This document shows, piece by piece, positions 40,001 through 51,500 of a stretch of DNA of 64,000 bases (positions are counted from its first letter, which is position 1; each line of letters starts with the position of its first letter). The notes beneath the pieces are model-generated. The model worked only from the letters and a program-made list of their open reading frames with translations, searched no databases and was not told the origin of the DNA. This DNA is from Magallana gigas (taxonomy: Eukaryota): the NCBI RefSeq assembly GCF_963853765.1, contig NC_088860.1, positions 5,704,001 to 5,768,000 on the forward strand, written 5' to 3'. The position numbers and the translations under genes are program-made.

Positions 40001-42315
40001 TGGAATCGGCTACACCTATGCTGCTGTTGCTGACACCGTGGAACAGGATACCAGAGAAAAATTCAAGTGCATGGTAATTGATACATGACATTGTATTGTT
40101 TTAACAATTATTACCAAATTCTGATAAAAAATTACTGCAATTCTTCCAGATTGAAATACACTTTGTCCTCATACACATGTACATGTAGTTGAAGAATCGT
40201 CAAGCCAACAAACCTTCATTGTTTGATTTATCTTATAGATGACATTGAAGAACCAGAAAGATGCCAACAATCAGATCCGATGGGTCATGTCTCGTTTCCC
40301 CGATTGCACAAGTTTGAGTGGCGTTTACAGGGGTCCACTCAAATTAGTTTTAACCAGAAGTAAGTCAATTTCATGTCTACCCGTGCTGAATGCGAGACTC
40401 TCATCTCCATCTACACAGGACCGGTCAGACTAGTTCTCACGAAAAGTGAGTAATTTTTTTAAGAAACAGCTCACAATGCAGAGCATGAGATGATTGCTAA
40501 AGCAGGTTATATTATCATGTTTTTAAATAACATGACAATATCCATACACACTTTCAACATAGAGTTGAATGCTACACCAACAATTTTTTGCTGGATTGTT
40601 ATTGTTATTGGTGATTGATGTATGTAAAAAAAATTCTTTTATTTTAAAGAGAAAATTGAAAAAAAAAGTTTTGTTGACTATAAAACATTAGAATTTAAAT
40701 TTGCTGTCAGTAAGTATATTGTTTCAAAAAGGTAATGTGTTTTCTACCAGGGAATTATTTTAAGAAATATTCATATATATAAAAAACAAATATTGAAAAC
40801 CTGGCACGAATTGAAACAAAAAAGCAATGTATTTGATTTTATGGAATACGAATACCTCATCGTTAAAAAACATTATTTAAATTGTTTAAACTTTAAAATC
40901 AAATAGATATCTCATTGACAGTTACAGGAATTTTATTAATTTTTATTTTTTTTCTATACAATAATTTATTTATTTTTAAATTGTTTGTAGTTCCAATTTC
41001 CAACGATTACAATACCCCTCGCTGCAGTTTCGATAAGGATATAGTTGGCAATTGGTTCATAAAGCGTAATAGAATTACTATAGATGATAAAATGCATTTC
41101 CCTCCTGCACTGAATCAAATGGATTTCTATTTGTCCTGTCAGCAAACAAATGGAACTCGATATCTTCTGTCACAAACAGTACTTGGAAAATGGTAAGATC
41201 TTTCTGTCTTATCATTTCAACAGTTATTTAGAGAAAATGCATACATAGAATTAACANNNNNNNNNNNNNNNNNNNNNNNNNNNNNNNNNNNNNNNNNNNN
41301 NNNNNNNNNNNNNNNNNNNNNNNNNNNNNNNNNNNNNNNNNNNNNNNNNNNNNNNNNNNNNNNNNNNNNNNNNNNNNNNNNNNNNNNNNNNNAGATAATA
41401 CCTCCGCTGAGGCTCTCTAGATATACATCACCTGGGGTGCCAGGGCCCCCCCCCCCCCCCCCCCCCCCCCGGATCAGTAATGCTATTCAGCGGTATAAAT
41501 AAATCATACATCTGTACGTTATGTACAAAATATATATTTTCATTAGTATTTATAATTGTATTTTATTAAAGCGTAAATAGACGTATATATGAATTAGCAC
41601 ATTGTATATATCTCTGCATACATGTATATAGTAATAACAATACTACTGTAAATTCCTTATATTACGCGAGTACTTAATTCCGCGATCCCGCTTTTTTGTA
41701 TCAAATCGCGAGAATATAAAATCGCAAACGTTGAACTTTTCTCCTTATTTCTTATAGTTTTCAACTCTCAGAAAATAATGGCGAGATTTTAAAATCCGCA
41801 AAGGATGCTTCTCGCGATTTTACGCGGATATTAATTCCTCGCGATTAATTAGGAATTTGCAGTATTCGGGAAGGTAACATTCAGTCATTGATATAATGTT
41901 CGTATCANNNNNNNNNNNNNNNNNNNNNNNNNNNNNNNNNNNNNNNNNNNNNNNNNNNNNNNNNNNNNNNNNNNNNNNNNNNNNNNNNNNNNNNNNNNNN
42001 NNNNNNNNNNNNNNNNNNNNNNNNNNNNNNNNNNNNNNNNNNNNNNNNNNNNNNNNNNNNNNNNNNNNNNNNNNNNNTCCCGATCCTCTCAAATTGTCGT
42101 TTAACTGCATTCCACCTGTATCTCAAAGGACCGTGTAGTGAGCGACCAGCGCGCTAGTTTCCCTTCGTCATCGAAAGCAAGATTTTTGTCTTGCCTAGAT
42201 GGCCCAGTGGTAAGCGCGGTGGCCGCTCACTGCTAGGAGAATGGGTTCCAGAGGTCGTGAGTTCAAGCCCCGGCCGGGGCGGAGGTGGAGCTCCAAAAAG
42301 GTGAATATCTCTGTG

Positions 42316-42369
<54 letters not shown>

Positions 42370-44280
42370 GTTTTCAGTAGACAATAACACAATATTCTCT
42401 CAAATTTAATCCAGAGAGCGCTTTCACCTGATNNNNNNNNNNNNNNNNNNNNNNNNNNNNNNNNNNNNNNNNNNNNNNNNNNNNNNNNNNNNNNNNNNNN
42501 NNNNNNNNNNNNNNNNNNNNNNNNNNNNNNNNNNNNNNNNNNNNNNNNNNNNNNNNNNNNNNNNNNNNNNNNNNNNNNNNNNNNNNNNNNNNNNNNNNNN
42601 NNNNNATATCACTCAGTATAAATAATCAAAAAAAAATAAAGAAAATGAACAGTTTCTATTTCATTTTATATTATTTTAAACTTTGCATGCAATAACAACA
42701 ATGTAACATCAATATTTAGTATCAGTAAAATTTTCCGCCAAAGTGGCATTAACAGGTCGCACTCAAAGATCAAATGTTTTATATTTTCTGGTATATTGCA
42801 AATAATACAATTCCCATTAATGTTTTTATCCCATTTTCTAACCGACAGATTCATGGTCAACAGGTTGTGAAGTAATTCATAATTAAATTCTGATACAGAT
42901 TTATCAAATAAAGACCGAACCTTGTTCTTGAAAATTACATTAAAATAGTACTTGTCTATTTGGAATTCCTTACACCATATATTTTTCCATAATAGGTTTT
43001 TGGGATTCCTTTTTTATATGGATGTTGTAGAAAAAATTAGACTTTTTATTTGAAGTATCTTCTAGCTTTTCTTCGAAATAGAAATGCAACTTAGTGAGCG
43101 AATTCTTGAAATTTATGGTTCGTAGATCTATTCTTGAAAGGTGCATCTTTATTGCATTTTTAACTATTAAGTACTCACATAAAAATTGTTTGTTGATGCC
43201 AAGCATCTGTTTATACATGTATCGTTTATTGTTTTGAAGCCATTCTCATTAAAAGGTGTTTTTATTGAACCAAATATTTTGATTAGCAAAATTGGTTAAT
43301 GAAATATCTTTGCATTCGTTAAAGGCCACTAGAACCTCGTTACAGAACATGGGGAGGAAGTTCGATTTAAATTCTTCGTATTTTGTAATGCTTCAATTTA
43401 GCAAAAATGGAATATCGATATTATGTTTAACTACACAAGCGTTTAAAAGTGAAGACAGGCTACTTCTATTTTGAATAATTTTCAAAACCCGTGGAGCTTT
43501 TAAAGCTTTGAGTTTTGATTCAAAGTCTGTAATACCAATGCCGCCTTCATTTATGTTTCTAATTAAGGTGTTACGCTTGATTCGCTTTCGATTTCCCCAA
43601 ATAAAGGAGAAAATTATTTTATTAATACTTTTTATTAAAGATTGTTCAGGGTTTTCTAAAATAGTAGCCGTGTACAAGACCTTTGAGATTAAAAGAGAAT
43701 TTATAAGCTGACATTTTCAAAAAAAGTTAATTTTCTACTTCGCCAAGAGTCAAGTATTTTTTCAAATTCTTTAAGTTTACATAACCAGTTTCTTTCGTTA
43801 TTTTCGGTTTTGTTATGCCCCATTATATCCAAGACATTTAATTGTTTCAAAGTTCTTGAAAATTTCAACTTCTTTCCTGATACAAATCCAGGATATGAAT
43901 CACTTGCACATGTTGTCAAAATAATTGAAAACATTAAGAGTTAATTGTTTGTTTTGTTTTATTTCAGTGATGTGAACTATGTGTGTATGGACATTGAACC
44001 AAGAAATGAACACTTTCTTCAACTTAAAGTTGGTGAGAAGTTGTTAGATAAGATGTTTTTTGAAGATTATTTAACAAAGTAAAATTCAGAAATAATCATC
44101 TTAACACCAAACCCTTTACCTTCTTTATCTTGATTGTGTGTTTTCATTTTAAAAATAGGTGTTCCATTCCGAGTGGATCTCCGCGAGTTAGAGGACCCAG
44201 AACTTCTGTTTCGAGCTAATTGTGAAACCCTGGCGGATACATCCGACATCCTGCTTGATAAATACCCTATTTCTATTTAA
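32255..44280 (+). CDS. Copy B: intact mosaic gene for a 425-aa secreted Cys/Trp-rich protein (DUF7044/7042/7043, PTHR22255-like)
   Basis: Join 32255-32300, 38095-38299, 38657-38736, 38965-39075, 39433-39642, 39958-40073, 40239-40359, 40991-41192, 43968-44032, 44159-44280 = 1278 nt = 426 codons including stop, with no internal stop and all phases compatible. Use of exon 1 at 32255 and the terminal exon are inferred. Confidence 0.75.
32760..33278. mobile_element. Duplicate of the 6128 MITE, left TIR deleted
   Basis: Deletion joins CTCATTGC to GCAAAGATG via TGC microhomology. Confidence 0.78.
34637..34770 (-). pseudogene. CCDC130: CCDC130/YJU2B (CWC16-family splicing factor) second coding exon, orphaned
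   Basis: TTTTAG| ... |GTGAG on - strand; translates AERKSQNKYYPPDWDPSKGSANKHFGQHPLRDRAKKISQGILVIR, matching the recalled N-terminus of CCDC130; no downstream FEMP exon seen in window. Confidence 0.9.
35397..35939. mobile_element. MITE with TIRs of about 66 bp (CACGGGAG.../...CTCCTGTG) and 7-bp TSD AACACTT; P-superfamily-like
   Basis: TIRs and identical 7-mers at 35390-35396 and 35940-35946; CANRG terminus and 7-8 bp TSD are typical of the P superfamily. Confidence 0.7.
36128..36130 (-). pseudogene. CCDC130: CCDC130 start-codon-only first coding exon (AAACATG|GTATGA)
   Basis: Phase-0 donor directly after ATG supplies the missing Met for the 34770 exon. Confidence 0.6.
36283..36999. mobile_element. 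Foldback/MITE-like element with GTTCGC repeats at left and GCGAAC repeats at right
   Basis: Several inverted-orientation copies of the hexamer flank an AT-rich core; left terminus decayed. Confidence 0.55.
37216..37556 (+). mobile_element. Helentron-derived MITE (pearl/DINE-like)
   Basis: subTIR GTCCCCTACCGG / CCGGTAGGGGAC, (CGTC/TGTC)n microsatellite, 3' hairpin GTATTGC...GCAATAC, ends CTTGTT. Confidence 0.75.
38095..38299 (+). CDS. Copy B exon 2 (VWGRCNIPAYFHGDWYSRESG...TMLMVK)
   Basis: CTGCAG| and |GTAAG; open; ORF track 38094-38303. Confidence 0.9.
38657..38736 (+). CDS. Copy B exon 3 (GGSNLNTCYMCVDVLWRTPNILQYRQ)
   Basis: TTGCAG| and |GTATG; phase 2-1. Confidence 0.88.
38965..39075 (+). 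CDS. Copy B exon 4 (EDCITARSRSQISLNDSCKSMNPWYGLPSIDVTFTMF)
   Basis: AAATAG| and |GTAAGT; phase 1-1. Confidence 0.82.
39433..39642 (+). CDS. Copy B exon 5 (KQSLEKINCVTTFEGVYQFSYEVDTGGGGICNHPDSQIKAC...)
   Basis: TTTTCCAG| and |GTATG; ORF track 39420-39689. Confidence 0.9.
39958..40073 (+). CDS. Copy B exon 6 (QIRYQCMGSWFAVRNGIGYTYAAVADTVEQDTREKFKCM)
   Basis: AATTAG| and |GTAATT; phase 1-0. Confidence 0.88.
40239..40359 (+). CDS. Copy B exon 7 (MTLKNQKDANNQIRWVMSRFPDCTSLSGVYRGPLKLVLTR)
   Basis: TTATAG| and |GTAAGT. Confidence 0.88.
40371..40445 (+). pseudogene. Orphan 3' half of A-type exon 7 (MSTRAECETLISIYTGPVRLVLTK) with its own GTGAGT donor
   Basis: Near-identical to 16925-16999; begins 11 nt after the B exon 7 donor; out of frame with B exon 7. 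Confidence 0.88.
40991..41192 (+). CDS. Copy B exon 8 (A-type; IPISNDYNTPRCSFDKDIVGNWF...SCQQTNGTRYLLSQTVLGK)
   Basis: TGTAG| and |GTAAG; open; ORF track 40915-41196. Confidence 0.88.
41644..41864. mobile_element. TA-flanked MITE (Tc1/mariner-like); left-deleted copy at about 18110-18260
   Basis: TACTGTAAATTCCT..TTACGCGAG vs CTCGCGATTAATTAGGAATTTGCAGTA. Confidence 0.7.
42190..42320 (+). mobile_element. tRNA-derived SINE ending in (TA)n
   Basis: A box TGGCCCAGTGG, B box GAGTTCAAGCC, GC-rich body, (TA)n tail. Confidence 0.55.
42655..43945 (-). mobile_element. Duplicate of the L1/Tx1 LINE fragment in copy B intron 8
   Basis: Same peptides as 18895-20410. Confidence 0.82.
43968..44032 (+). CDS. 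Copy B exon 9 (CDVNYVCMDIEPRNEHFLQLKVG)
   Basis: TTTCAG| and |GTGAG; phase 2-1. Confidence 0.8.
44159..44280 (+). CDS. Copy B exon 10, probable terminal coding exon (GVPFRVDLRELEDPELLFRANCETLADTSDILLDKYPISI*)
   Basis: AAATAG| acceptor; open to TAA 44278-44280. Confidence 0.68.
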
Positions 44281-45500
44281 GATCTCAGTAAAAAGTTAAT
44301 CATGTTATGCTGCATTGTTTTATTTTACCACTAAAATAAAACATTATTAAATACCATTATTTTTCATTATTTATTAACACATACATGTACACTGAAGTTT
44401 GCACAAAAGCATTTAGTGGTAGATATCAAGTAAATCATTATACAGCCAGGTCCATGTTTTACAAATATATTTTGGTTTACAAAACCTCAAGATCTAACAG
44501 TAGTAAATCATAAAAGATTGATGCAGCCAAACAAAAACTGCATGACGGCAGTATATTTAAAATGTTATTTAGAGTAACAATTGGCACCAATTTAATATAA
44601 TAAAATTTAGAGTATTAGAAAAGCTTGTCTGCAAATGATACTGCAAATGAGAAGGTATCTTATGCAGGTTTGAGTCCTGTCAACATCTTGTTGCGTTTCA
44701 CAAAAAGGCGGAAACTCAGTCGGGAGTTAATTTGGGTTTAAATCTACGCCTGTTAATGGATAGGTATAAGTCCTTAGTCTGTACACAAAAATGGCGAGTG
44801 TTTAAATTGTTTCTTCAGTAAAATAAACAGAGAATTTAAATTTTGGAATTGTTTTACTTGTTATTAAGGAAACATTTATATTTATTGAAATATTTGTACA
44901 TGTATGTAAAACTTTTTAAAAATACCTATTGTCCGATAACTGTTGCTATTTCTAAATAAATTAAGATTAAATCAATTTGATTTGATAAATAATGGGCTTC
45001 AATCATTAAACGTATGTAATATACATTACTACTCGTTAATGAAAATTACCTAAAGTATGAAGAATTGAAGATGGGTATACCTGAGATAAACACAAAAAAT
45101 AAAAAAAATATGCTATAATTCTAAATTATGCAGGTATATAGTATTACGTGTATTAAACAACAACTCCAAGTTTATACATCGTATGGATGAAAAATGACAA
45201 TAACAAACTGTCAACCATCTCAAAATCAATAAAAGGAATTACAAATTCAAAGCAGAGCAACACAGACCTCTAAAAAGATAGAGGTAGGATCAGGTGCCTA
45301 GAAGGAGTAAGCATCCTCTCCTGAGTATCACCCTCCGTGCGCCCAATGTCTTATCGGTAAAAATATCATTATCGGGGAAAATGTCGTAATTTGGGGAAAA
45401 CGGAGAAAAATGCGTGGACAATTCGGTATTTAATCAATATTCCATAGCGGAGCAATCACGAACCTCTGGAAAACCCCAGAGGCAGGATCAGGTGCCTAGG

Positions 45501-48500
45501 AGGAGTGAGAATCCACTGCTGACTGGTCACACCCGCCGTGTGCTCTTTGTCGTAATCGGGGAAAAAACGAAAAGTCCGCAGGCAATTAGGTTATTAATTA
45601 TGGTCTAATAAATATTATGAAAAACGTCAGTCAGCGTCCGACCCAGTGGAAGATTGTATTTGCTGACAAGGTCGTTGTATCCACCATAGAACTTACGAAA
45701 AGATTACTTCAGACGAGACTCTTGATAGACCTGTTTTATCAACTTGTTTGATTTATATAAGATCGGATAGATTATTAATTTTTAAATCAATACTTAGTCA
45801 GCATAGACTAGGTTTTAGTTTAAAAACCTCTTAAGTTAGCATTGTTCAACTAAGTCTATATTTATCTTCACATCAATTGAAGAAGTACCACATACATGTA
45901 CATGTTTTAGACGACGTCCGAGACCAATCTTATGTTTCTAATAAAATTTGAACCCATGAAACGAAACTGATTTCAACATATTGAGAATACTTCTTTAAAT
46001 AGGAGCAACTCAAAACGTTTACAGTTGTAATTTGTGCTTGTGTGTGGTTGTATGCTCCTTACCTATATTAATTACAATTCTACAAAACGTATGTATTCTC
46101 AGTATCGTATTTTACTCGTAGTATCTTTAAAAACCATATGAAAGTTACATGCTATTTTGAATGTTTATGAACTCGCATTTAAATACAATCCATTTTAATT
46201 TGTTAAGATATTACTTAAAAATAAATCTTGAAAGTAGAGTTTGTATCAACTTTAGATCCATTGACAAGCGTTTGTCAAGGTTCTCAAAGATTCTGAAATT
46301 TCACATGCACCAATCTTATTACTTCAAGGATCAATAAATCAATTGGGTTCATTTTTGTTAAATATGTATGGTTTACTATTACTGATCTTCGTGCATATGC
46401 ATAAATATGTGTTGTTTATTTGTACTCATATATTTAAATTGATCTTTAATCGCTCTTATTCATAAGAGCTAGTTTTGTTTCATCATATTTAAGATGTATG
46501 TATGTTAGGGGATTTTTTTGATGTTCAAGTTGTCGACTTGCGATAAAAAAAAGCATTGTTTTAGCACTTAACAACAGTGTGCATTATTAACAAATTTAAC
46601 TGGCTTGTCATACTTATTATATAAACAATTGCATACCCTCAATAACTCAGAGAAGATAGGGAAAAAAATAGTAGGACTAAAATGTACTTGTTAAAACCAC
46701 AAAGACCCTAAATATCTTATTCGGAAGGATATAGCGGATTTTTTAAAATTCCTTTTCGATTAATCTTTTAGAAACCTTTCATTCATAAATCTTCAAAAAG
46801 GGGTAGGGTTCTTAGATTATTGCTTTTATATCTATATTTTAATCAAGAAACTGTATACAGGGGTATTTTTGTCCTGTGTAATCTTCGCCCTTCTACACTT
46901 GCAAAGAGTTTCTCCCCATCGAGAATTCGCCCAGTCACAGTTATGTTTCAAATTAGACATTGAGATTCTTAAAATTCTTATATTCGCCTGTTGACAACGA
47001 AGGTGAAATGGTTGAAAATTAAACGAGGGCGAATAATAGATCCCTAATATCCCTAATATTTCCCTGTATACAGTATGATATACTATTTATTTGCTTGAAT
47101 GAGGAGGTCATATTAGAGGATGTAACATTTGGCCTTTTTTTTTTATTACGACGTAGTTTTAATTGCTCTGGTGACGGATCAAAATTCAAGGTTCCAACAT
47201 TGCTATTCTAGTGTGTCCTTGGGTAATAGGATGACTTAGATTTCGAAGAAATGTTTAGAAATAACTTTGTTAAATTTGGTGAAAATGGGGCAATTCATTA
47301 TAAATGCGAATTATTTTTGTGCAAATATTTTGCCTTTCTAGTTGTCCTTCGAAAATTGGATGATGTTTAGATTTCGAAGAAATGTTCAGAAGTAACTGTG
47401 TTAAATTTGGAGAAAATGAGGCCAATTTTTGTAAATGCGACCTTTGTGCAGATTGTTAGCTTGTCTAGCGCATCCTTAGATAATTGGATGATTTTTAGAT
47501 TTCGGAGAAATGTTTAGAAATAACTTTGTTGAATTTGCGAAAAATGAGGCAATTTATTGTAAATGCGACTTATTTTTGAGTACACTATTCATGAAAGGTT
47601 TTCAGAAGTAATGTTACAAATGCTAGATAATCATCGACATAAGCAGAAAATATGCTTAGTTATTGCAGTATTCTAATGACAAAAATAACAAATTATATTG
47701 AATGTGGACAAAGGGTGGTCGCCACACACCAAGATCAAAAGTAGTCGAGCGCAATTGGCCGTGATGCTCTTGCACACTTTGTTATACTTTTAAATGAATA
47801 AAATAAACTTATATTTTAAGATACTTTAAAACGATCTGCTTGGATTAATGCTCTTTTAGACCTTTTAATATTAAAAAAATAAATAAGCTAAAGGCTTATT
47901 CTTTGATCACATGATAGAGTGATCTGTACAAATCTTGTACTCTGTGGTGAGGAACACCTCTGCACAAGTCATTAATCATTAACCCGTTTAACAATGTAAA
48001 TTTAGGTTTAAAGTCTTGAACAGTTATAGCAGTTGAATTATTGAATAAAATTGATCGAATTTTACAAATTGGGATTGTGCAAATTTTGATACATCGGAGC
48101 CCTAGAGAAATACGGTCAATATAAATTGTGACATTACTTCAATCAACCCTTGTGTTTCAAATTATATAATTTGTCTCTGCCAGAGATTTGATCACAGCTT
48201 CCATGGCTCCCGAGCGTAAACAGCGAACATAATTTAGTTTATGAAACACAATACTGACACTAGAATTTATAGAGCATAATTTTGACAATAGCTCAACTAA
48301 GAAGTGAGAAGAGGTACAGAATCATTTTATTTTCAACCAAATTAACGCTCCAAAATTCAGATGTGTCCTTGAACATAACATTGCAATAGATATAGGTATA
48401 AATATATATATAACGTTAATTTCATTTTTTTTATTAAGCTGGATTGTCATTTACCATGTCGCCATCTTGTGATCTGTAGGGGATCACTACCGGATTAGTA

Positions 48501-51500
48501 AACAAACTCATCTATTTCGTAAGGAACTGTTTTCAGTTACTTCCAACTTCATAAATGGTCAAGATACCAGAAAAGAATTTCGTGACATTTATTAAATTCA
48601 AGTAGATGAAAATTTTTAAGGAAAGTACCCATTTTGCCATCTCTATGCTCTTTCTGTAGTTCATGCGCTAGTTGGACATCGTCAAGTTTCAAGTTAGGCT
48701 TTATTTCCGAAACACAAATTGATGTTTAAAAATGTCCTCTATATCAACAGTTTCAACGAAAATACTGTTTTTATTGTGCATCAGTTTTTGGTAAACAGTA
48801 AATAGGATTATTGCTAAATGTTAATATTCTAATTACTGACCTCACTGTAAGCATTTTCCAAGAATGTTAACACTGACGGACGACAAGTGAAAATCATTGC
48901 ACCATTATATTGTTATACACTCACAAAAAATATTGAAGAAGTAATTATTGAATTTCATTAAACGAAAGCTAGCAAAAGATATATGAACATTTAGGCGCAG
49001 CAACAAATGTATTGATGAATGTAAAAAAGGAATGCTATTTTATTTAATTTCATTTTTGTTCTTGTTAAAGCTGTCGTTTCATGTAAGCGATACTACAGTA
49101 TACTAGTATTGCATCCGTTGTTTTATCATTTATCATTGTATTTCAATATGTTGTTTACTGCATTTACCACTACCGTCAAAGCCCATGTAGACACCAATGA
49201 AAGCATTTAGCCTATCATTCATGGGATAACAAAATTTTGATAATTCATATACTTCTGCCCCTTTTATAAAATTTCCATTGCGGCTAAGCATAGTTAGTTA
49301 CATGTACACATATCTTGGGAGAGCGGTGTCCTAGAATGACAAATTAATTCCACTGCACACCTTCAAACACGTGGCCTACCGCGTGATACTCTGCTTGGTG
49401 CTTTCGATGTGATATATGGTGCTCGAGGAGCACTACGAAATATTGCCGGATAACTGGAAAGCCTTGTCTCTAAACGGAAAAACAACATCTGTTACTCCTC
49501 AAGATTGGTCTCTAATGCGTCGTGCTCTGCTTAACGCATTCAAGGTTGATTAAGGTATTTGGGGATGCAACGCAAAACTACTAGTGAAAAGGTTCACTTT
49601 TATCTCCTTACGTAACGTATAATTTGTTATCTTGTTAAAATTGTCAAAAGAATCACTACTAATCGATAGGAGTGAGCATCCACTGCTGACTTGTCACACC
49701 CGCCGTGTGCTCTTTGTCGTAATCGGGAAAAAAACGGAATAGTCCGTAGGCAATTAGGTTATTAATTATGGTCTAATAAATAGTATGAAAAACGTCAGTC
49801 AGCGTCCGACCCAGTGGAAGATTGTATTTACTGACAAGGTCGTTGTATCCACCATAGAACTTACGAAATGATGACTTCAGACGAGACTCTTGATAGACCT
49901 GTTTTATCAACTTGTTTGATTTATATAACATCGGATAGATTATTAATTTTTAAATCAATTCTTAGTCAGCATAGACTAGATTTTAGTTTAAAAACCTCTT
50001 AAGTTAGCATTTTTCAGCTAAGTCTATATTTATCTTCACATCATTTGAAGAAGTACCACGTACATGTACATGTTTTAAACGAAGTCCGAGACCAATTTAA
50101 TGTTTCTAATAAAATTTGAACCCATGAAACGAAACTGATTTCAACATATTGAGATATACTTCTTTAAATAGGAGCAACTCAAAACGTTTACAGTTGTAAT
50201 TTGTGCTTGTGTGTGGTTGTGTGCTCCTTACCTATATTAATTACAATTCTACAAAACGTATATATTCTCATTCTCATATTTTACTCTTCGTATCTTTATA
50301 AAACCATATGAAAGCTACATGTTATTTTGAATGTTAATGAACTCGCATTTAATACAATCCATTTTAATTTGTTAAGATATTACTTAAAAATAAATCTTGA
50401 ACGTAGAGTATGTATCAATTTTACATCTGTTGACAAGCGTTTGTCAAGGTTCTCAAAGATTCTGAAATTTCACATGTATTAATTAATTCAAGGATCAATA
50501 AATCAATTGCGTTCATATTTTTTGAAATATGTATTGGTTTACTATTAGTGCTCTTGGTGCATATGCATAATTATGTGTTGTTTATTTGTACTCATTTATT
50601 TGAATTGAACTTTAATCGCCTGATTTCGTGATAGCTAGTTTTGTTTCATCTTATTTAAGATGTATGTATGTCAGGGGATGCTTTATTTATTATTTTGAAG
50701 TTGTCGACTTGCAATAAAAAACATTGTTTTAGCAGTTTTACAACAGTGTGCATTATAAACAAATTTAAGTGGCTTGTCATACTTATTATATAAACAATTG
50801 CATACCCTCAATAACTCAAAGTAGATAGGAAAAAAATTAGTTGGACTAAAATGTACTTGTTATAATTAAAACCGCAAAGACCCTAAATATCTTATCCGGA
50901 GGGGTATAAGGGATTTTTTTAGATGCCTTTTCGATTAAACTTTTAAAAACCTTTTATTCATAAAACTTTCTTCGAAAAGGAAGCGGTGTTCTAATTAGAT
51001 TACTGCTTTTATATCTATATTTTAATCAAGATACTGTATACAGGGGTATTTTCGTCCCGTGTAATCTTCGCCTTCTACACTTGCAAAGAGTTTCGCCCCA
51101 TCGAGAATTCGCCCAGTCACAGTTATGTTTCAAGTTACTTAATATTAGACATTGAGATTCTTAAAATTCTTATATTCGCCTGTTGACAACGAAGGTGAAA
51201 TGGTTGAAAATTAAACGAGGGCGAATAATAGATCCCTAATATCCCTAATATTTCCCTGTATACATGTACAGTATGACATACTATTTATTTGCTTGAATGA
51301 GGTGGTCATATAAGAGGATGTAACATTTGGCTTTTTTTTTATTACGACGTAGTTTCAATTGCTCTGGTGATGGATCAAAATTCAAGGTTCCAACATTGCT
51401 ATTCTAGTGTGTCCTTGGGTAATAGGATGATTTTTAGATTTCGAAGAAATGTTCAGAAGTAACTGTGTTAAATTTGGAGAAAATGAGGCCAATTTTTGTA

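Larger units (their letters stand above)
40371..48930 (+). repeat. Duplicated block Y, copy 2
   Basis: As above, with indels (extra about 46343-47060; lacks 22085-22913). Confidence 0.92.

Noticed and set aside
44668-44763. Possible further exon (FESCQHLVAFHKKAETQSGVNLGLNLRLLMDR), also near 21139
   Set aside because: Lies after the TAA of exon 10, its phase is incompatible with the nearest donor, and the copies differ by 8 nt; cannot be placed
49300-49560. GC-richer, coding-looking segment (also about 53370-53620)
   Set aside because: Stops in all + frames examined and no reading frame conserved between the tandem copies
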